Source of the DNA: Flavobacteriales bacterium
GTDB lineage: Bacteria; Bacteroidota; Bacteroidia; Palsa-965
Reading direction: 5' to 3'
DNA length: 20,205 bases
Assembly (NCBI GenBank): GCA_040377305.1
Contig: JBEIPA010000048.1
Location: forward strand, 1 to 20,205
Part shown: positions 15,844 through 20,205 of the stretch, in pieces
How the letters are laid out: every line of letters starts with the position of its first letter
Numbering within the stretch: the stretch's first letter is position 1
Notes under the pieces: model-generated
What the model saw: the letters and a program-made list of their open reading frames with translations, nothing else
Database searches by the model: none
Told to the model about the DNA's origin: nothing
Program-made: the position numbers and the translations under genes

Positions 15844-15883
15844 ATGATAGGATGATCGGATTATTGAATGATAGGATAACTAA
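15844..15883. repeat. Octamer array, same ATGATAGG family as 7343-7436
   Basis: atgatagg atgatcgg attattga atgatagg ataactaa. Confidence 0.8.
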
Positions 15884-15911
15884 CAGGTTAGTAACAATTA
15901 ACTTTGTTGCA

Positions 15912-16382
15912 ATGACAGTTATCCGACTCGAAACGACAATCAAAGCCCCGGCAAAAACCTGCTTCGACATTGCACGCGCTGTCGAAGCACACACCGATTC
16001 ATTAGCGCACACCAAAGAGAAAGCGGTTGCTGGAAGAATGTCGGGATTGTTTGAACTGAACGATTGGGTGACCTGGGAAGCAAACCACTTCGGAATTCGT
16101 CAGTACTTAACCGTGAAGATTACGAAGATGGAACCGTACACGATGTTCGAAGACAAAATGGTGAAGGGTGCATTTAAAAGTTTCGAGCATCAACATTATT
16201 TCGAGCAGCAAGGAGACTACGCAGTTATGAAGGACGTGTTTTCGTATGAGGTGCCGGGATGGATTTTGGGGAAGGTGGTTGACAAACTTGTCCTGAACCG
16301 TTACATGACTAAACTGTTGCAGACACGAAATGAAGCGATCAAGAAGACGGCTGAAAACACCTCCACGGTATTGAATCCATAA
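15912..16382 (+). CDS. SRPBCC-family ligand-binding protein
   Basis: I.LET.I.AP…CFD.AR….H, VTWEA.HFG..Q.LT.KIT and F.D.MV.GAFKSF.H.H.F. The ATG at 15912 follows the box TAACTTTG. The ORF-track extension from 15696 runs through promoter and repeat DNA. Confidence 0.88.
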   Translation: MTVIRLETTIKAPAKTCFDIARAVEAHTDSLAHTKEKAVAGRMSGLFELNDWVTWEANHFGIRQYLTVKITKMEPYTMFEDKMVKGAFKSFEHQHYFEQQGDYAVMKDVFSYEVPGWILGKVVDKLVLNRYMTKLLQTRNEAIKKTAENTSTVLNP

Positions 16383-16441
16383 AAAAGCGACTCTCATTCG
16401 CTGAAACACTTGTATAGACTCAAATGTCCTGCTCCGCTCGT

Positions 16442-16468
16442 GGGATTGCTTCGCAGGCTCGCAATGAC
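16442..16468. repeat. Half of a GTCATTGCGAG…GAAGCAATC-type REP-like element
   Basis: gggattgcttcgcaggctcgcaatgac; the partner arm is absent or degenerate. Family recognised from memory. Confidence 0.5.
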
Positions 16469-16508
16469 TACCACGCTTTTTTATTGCTTCAATACCTATC
16501 TTTACACC

Positions 16509-16967
16509 ATGAATTTTCTCATCCGCATCCTCATCTCCACCGCTGCAGTGTTACTCACCGGCTGGGTCCTGCCCGATTCCTGGGTGAAGGTGGATAATGT
16601 GTTCACCGCTTTAATTGTTGCAGTCGTATTGGCTTTTCTGAATCAGGTAGTGAAGCCGATTCTGATTGTACTCACCATTCCGATTACTTTTTTAACGATG
16701 GGATTATTTCTCCTCGTAATAAACGCCGGAGTAATTCTACTTGCCGATTATTTCATCGAAGGTTTTATGGTTGGTGGATTTTGGTCGGCACTCGGTTTCA
16801 GTATTGTGCTCGCAATTTTCAATTCCATTCTGGGTGGAAACAGAAAAGGCGGAGGCGGTGTTCGTTTTCAGCGATTTGATAATCGTGGTTTTAATAACCA
16901 ACGTACGGAAGACACTACAGCGGAGGATATGGATCAGAACGACCGAAATACTCCCAGAATCGGTTAA
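16509..16967 (+). CDS. YvlD/DUF360 ('phage holin superfamily IV') 4-TM membrane protein
   Basis: Four hydrophobic segments and the motif LN..VKPIL..LTIPIT.LT.GLFLLVINA…GF.V.GFWSAL. The ATG at 16509 follows TATCTTTA. Confidence 0.9.
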   Translation: MNFLIRILISTAAVLLTGWVLPDSWVKVDNVFTALIVAVVLAFLNQVVKPILIVLTIPITFLTMGLFLLVINAGVILLADYFIEGFMVGGFWSALGFSIVLAIFNSILGGNRKGGGGVRFQRFDNRGFNNQRTEDTTAEDMDQNDRNTPRIG

Positions 16968-17020
16968 TAAAATTTACGTTGCACCACCGCGTTGCTGCGC
17001 CTCAGCGGTACCTTTAAGGT

Positions 17021-18382
17021 ATGAACTGGAACACTCTCTTCTCCGAAGCACGAATTACGGATAAAACTTTTTTACAGAAGACGTCCCCGGATCGCACGAA
17101 CTTTGAGCGTGACTTCAATCGTGTCGTGTTCTCTTCAGCATTCCGACGTCTGCAGGACAAGACACAAGTTATACCTTTACCCGAAAGTGATTTCGTACAC
17201 ACACGTCTTACGCACAGTCTGGAAGTGTCTTGTGTAGCACGTTCTCTGGGAAAAATCATTGGCAAAACGATTATTGAGCGACACAAGCTTTCCGATTTGC
17301 ACGCTTCTGACTTCGGTGAAATTTGTGCCACAGCTGCACTGGCACATGACATTGGTAATCCACCTTTCGGACATTCCGGTGAGGCTTCGATCTCGCATTA
17401 CTTCACACAAGGAAATGGAAAAGTCCTGAAAGAATTCGTGAATAACGATTTGCTCTGGTCTGATCTTTCCAACTTTGAAGGCAACGCAAACGGATTCAAG
17501 ATTCTGACGAATTACAATCCGGCTTCGGGTGGAAATGTGAATCTTACCTTCTCTACACTCGCAGCATTCACGAAATATCCAACGCGTTCGAATAAACTAC
17601 CTGAGCACGCAGATCTCATCAAGGGAAAAGTGAGCCAGAAGAAGTACGGCTATTTCCAGTCAGAGAAAGAGATTTTCAAAACCATTTTCACGCACCTGGA
17701 AATTGATCAGCTCACCGATTATTCCTGGAGAAGACATCCGCTTGCGTTTCTGGTAGAAGCTGCCGACGATATTTGTTACCGCATCATCGATTTCGAAGAT
17801 GGAATCCGTATCGGACTGATTCCTTTTCATCAGGGTGAAGAATTGCTGAAGCAGGTAATCGGAAAAGACTTCGATGCTTCGCGTTATGATCAGATTGGCG
17901 ATACACGCGAGAAGATTTCCTATTTGCGTGCGAAAGCAATCAACACGCTGGTGAGTAATTGTTCTACCATTTTCCTCGAAACAGAATTCGATCTGATCTC
18001 CGGAAGAAAAGATATTTCACTTATCGATCTGATTCCGGATTCCATTGCTGTTCCACTGAATGAAATCCTCATGCTTTCTATTGAGCATGTGTATCGTTCC
18101 AAGAATGTACTCGAAATCGAAATTGCAGGCTTCAATGTGGTTGCGCAGTTGCTCGACACGTTCATCAATGCAATCAACGACTACCATACGTTCGGAAAGA
18201 AACTGAAAAAAGAACGGCCTTATTCTGATAAGCTGATTGCTTTATTCCCGAAGCAATTCCTCACGGGAAGTGAAGATCATTACCTGAGAATACTGCGCGT
18301 GTGTGAGTTTGTTGCTGGTATGACGGATTCTTATGCGGTGACTTTGTTCCGTCGCATTAAAGGAATAGAACTGCCGCTCTGA
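17021..18382 (+). CDS. dgt: Deoxyguanosinetriphosphate triphosphohydrolase (HD-domain dNTPase)
   Basis: FSSAFRRLQDKTQV, TRLTHSLEV, AHDIGNPPFGHSGE, FEGNANG, LVEAADDICY and FVAGMTDSYA. Confidence 0.95.
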   Translation: MNWNTLFSEARITDKTFLQKTSPDRTNFERDFNRVVFSSAFRRLQDKTQVIPLPESDFVHTRLTHSLEVSCVARSLGKIIGKTIIERHKLSDLHASDFGEICATAALAHDIGNPPFGHSGEASISHYFTQGNGKVLKEFVNNDLLWSDLSNFEGNANGFKILTNYNPASGGNVNLTFSTLAAFTKYPTRSNKLPEHADLIKGKVSQKKYGYFQSEKEIFKTIFTHLEIDQLTDYSWRRHPLAFLVEAADDICYRIIDFEDGIRIGLIPFHQGEELLKQVIGKDFDASRYDQIGDTREKISYLRAKAINTLVSNCSTIFLETEFDLISGRKDISLIDLIPDSIAVPLNEILMLSIEHVYRSKNVLEIEIAGFNVVAQLLDTFINAINDYHTFGKKLKKERPYSDKLIALFPKQFLTGSEDHYLRILRVCEFVAGMTDSYAVTLFRRIKGIELPL

Positions 18383-18390
18383 TTTTTTTT

Positions 18391-18454
18391 ACCACTAAGC
18401 ACACAAAGGCACAAAGAGTCACACTTTTCTTCGTGTCTTAGTGAACTTTGTGGT
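18391..18454. repeat. Imperfect 26-bp inverted repeat of CACAAAG-type units (REP-like) between convergent genes
   Basis: accactaagcacacaaaggcacaaag and cttcgtgtcttagtgaactttgtggt pair at 20/26 positions. Confidence 0.78.
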
Positions 18455-18473
18455 CAATTTTTGAGTGAATATT

Positions 18474-19031
18474 CTAGCGAATATCAATCTGGTATTTGCT
18501 GAGCAATCCCGGCACTCCATCCAATGAAAACTTCGCTTTCTTCAGCTTGTTGATCTCCGGATCGAGCGAATAATTCACCGCGCTTCTGAAATCGGCTTTC
18601 TCGAGATTCGTGCGCTCAAATCGTGTATCAGCTAGATCACATTCAGAAAAAACAGTTTCACTCAAATCTGATTCGGTGAAATCGCATTCGCGCACAGAAC
18701 ACTTGTGGAATTTCGTCTTCTTCAGTCGCAAGCGATTAAAAGTAGAATGATCGAGCACGCATCCATCGAAAGCGACTTCAAACAGAAATTCATTACACTG
18801 CTCGAAATGCATTCCAAGCATTTTGCAGTTCACGAATTTGCAGTCTTTGAAAGCGGTTTTAGGAAGCTTGACATTGCTCAGGTTGCAATCGGTGAATATG
18901 CATTCCTGAAACACGATGCCGGAGAGATTTACTTCGGAGAAATTGCAGCCGGAGAAAGTACAGAGTTCAAATTCCCTTTCAGCTGGAGGTTCATGCGTAT
19001 AATCCTTTTTCGAAATCGTTTCTTCAAACAT
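18474..19031 (-). CDS. Pentapeptide repeat protein
   Basis: Continuous (C/A)(D/N)(F/L)xx repeats such as CNFSEVNLS, CDFTESDLS and TNLEKADFR. Confidence 0.92.
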   Translation of the reverse strand: MFEETISKKDYTHEPPAEREFELCTFSGCNFSEVNLSGIVFQECIFTDCNLSNVKLPKTAFKDCKFVNCKMLGMHFEQCNEFLFEVAFDGCVLDHSTFNRLRLKKTKFHKCSVRECDFTESDLSETVFSECDLADTRFERTNLEKADFRSAVNYSLDPEINKLKKAKFSLDGVPGLLSKYQIDIR

Positions 19032-19053
19032 GGGTCACATCTATTTATGTTTG

Positions 19054-19536
19054 CTATTTTATGAAACGTGGATTCGCATCGTCATGAAACTGCACACCAT
19101 CAAGCACGTACTCCCCCATCACACAACCATAATTTTCACCACCAGCATATTGCGACCACATTATCATTTTCATACCCGACAAAATAAATGGCTTTCTTGT
19201 TGGTGTACAAAAAGCGTAAGTATGACTGAGTGGAAGTCCCGCAGGAATGGTTGCACCTCGTTCCAGTCTCTGTTTCTGATCAGGACTCTGAGCAGGCCAA
19301 ACATAAAGCATAAAAGTATCGACAAGTATCGAATCTGCATACTCACGCACGAGGACAGAATCAAATTCTTCATCGCGGAATCCTATGAACATTACACAGA
19401 TGTAATCAGTTGAATCTACCGCGGCACATTGCTTACGGAAGTCGGCTTTTTGTTGCTCGGTCCAGGCCGGCGAACGCGATGGACAACCCACGAGAATAAA
19501 AATCAGAAAGCAGAAAGTGAATAGAACCGGCTTCAA
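19054..19536 (-). CDS. Hypothetical lipoprotein
   Basis: TTG start, MK plus hydrophobic core plus lipobox LVG-C. It fills the gap between two co-oriented genes (13 and 22 nt gaps). Confidence 0.7.
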   Translation of the reverse strand: MKPVLFTFCFLIFILVGCPSRSPAWTEQQKADFRKQCAAVDSTDYICVMFIGFRDEEFDSVLVREYADSILVDTFMLYVWPAQSPDQKQRLERGATIPAGLPLSHTYAFCTPTRKPFILSGMKMIMWSQYAGGENYGCVMGEYVLDGVQFHDDANPRFIK

Positions 19537-19549
19537 GATTTCAGTTCAG

Positions 19550-20205
19550 TTATTGGTGCTTACTTTCCCCGCCCATCAACGCATAGTTCACCAGGTTTGC
19601 GCCCATACGTAGCGCTTTCAAACGCGTGTCCTGAGAATCGTGATGCACTTCGGGTGATTCCCATCCATCGCCTAAGTCACATTCGTAGTCATAGAAACAA
19701 ACTAGGCGACCTTCCCAGATCAAACCGTAGCCTTTCGGAGAAGATCCTTCGTGTTCGTGAACTTTCGGAAGCCCGTTCGGGAATTCGTAAGACTGATGAT
19801 AAATCTCATGCGTAAACGGAAGCTCAACGAAATCAAGTTCAGGGAAAACCTTTTTCATCTGCGGACGAATGAAAGGATCCATTCCGTAGTTGTCGGAAAT
19901 ATGAAGAAAGCCACCGCCAATCAAATACGCGCGAAGATTTTCAGCTTCCTGTGTTGTGAACACCACGTTTCCGTGACCCGTCATGTGAATGAACGGATAA
20001 TTAAAAACATCAGGACTCCCCGCTTCTACTGTTGCTTGTTCGGGATTGATATTTGATTTGATATTCTCATTACAGAATTTGATCAGATTCGGAAGTGAAG
20101 TTGCGTAATTCGAATACCAGTCACCACCGCCATTGTATTTGAGCAATGCAATCTGACAAGAGTACGTTGCCATGTAGCGAAAAGAGCACAGCGTGATCAC
20201 TGCAA
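19550..20205 (-). CDS. DUF4159 domain protein, probably 5'-truncated by the window edge
   Basis: IALLKY.GGGDWY.N, YPFIHMTGHG, LRAYL..GGFL..DNYG, LPK.HEH, DLGDGWE and ALRMGAN. The frame stays open to the window end. Confidence 0.88.
   Translation of the reverse strand, partial: AVITLCSFRYMATYSCQIALLKYNGGGDWYSNYATSLPNLIKFCNENIKSNINPEQATVEAGSPDVFNYPFIHMTGHGNVVFTTQEAENLRAYLIGGGFLHISDNYGMDPFIRPQMKKVFPELDFVELPFTHEIYHQSYEFPNGLPKVHEHEGSSPKGYGLIWEGRLVCFYDYECDLGDGWESPEVHHDSQDTRLKALRMGANLVNYALMGGESKHQ

Noticed and set aside
15696-15911. 72-aa N-terminal extension of the SRPBCC ORF (likewise 16410-16508 for the YvlD-like ORF)
   Set aside because: The extensions span promoters and repeats; family similarity and -7 boxes point to the downstream ATGs.
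16509-16967. Prophage holin / lysis cassette
   Set aside because: The YvlD/DUF360 family is widespread on chromosomes, and there are no endolysin or phage genes in the window.
17021-18382. Anti-phage dGTPase defence system
   Set aside because: The sequence and context look like the ordinary Bacteroidota dgt, with no defence or mobile genes nearby. A phylogeny or DefenseFinder run would be needed to claim otherwise.
6233-18382. dNK plus dGTPase as a joint nucleotide-depletion system
   Set aside because: They are 10 kb apart in separate transcription units, and folK-dNK linkage is a common housekeeping arrangement.
18474-19031. Qnr quinolone-resistance gene
   Set aside because: A generic pentapeptide repeat protein; nothing visible supports a Qnr assignment.

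Overview
A Bacteroidota-like chromosomal window (PorT, a T9SS C-terminal sorting domain, TAnnTTTG-type promoters) with about 17 mostly housekeeping or envelope genes. In order: TPR-SpoIIE phosphatase, outer-membrane beta-barrel, TrmH methyltransferase, OmpA/TPR lipoprotein, deoxynucleoside kinase, folK, sppA, T9SS-secreted sugar dehydrogenase, ubiE/menG, porT, FAD oxidoreductase, DUF4476, SRPBCC, YvlD-like membrane protein, dGTPase, pentapeptide-repeat protein, a hypothetical lipoprotein and a 5'-truncated DUF4159. I see no transposase, integrase, tRNA, rRNA or CRISPR array. The unusual content is non-coding. Most intergenic gaps hold small repeat elements from different families: 7- or 8-nt tandem arrays with inverted arms, often starting at a stop codon, and REP-like hairpins. 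One array is translated in frame inside a CDS. Other signals are three ECF-sigma-like promoters, six apparently leaderless genes, a DUF4476 unit with a sigma54-like promoter, a canonical SD and a four-hairpin 3' RNA, and an orphan copy of the SpoIIE gene's last 11 codons. All family assignments come from motif recognition by eye; no database search was run.
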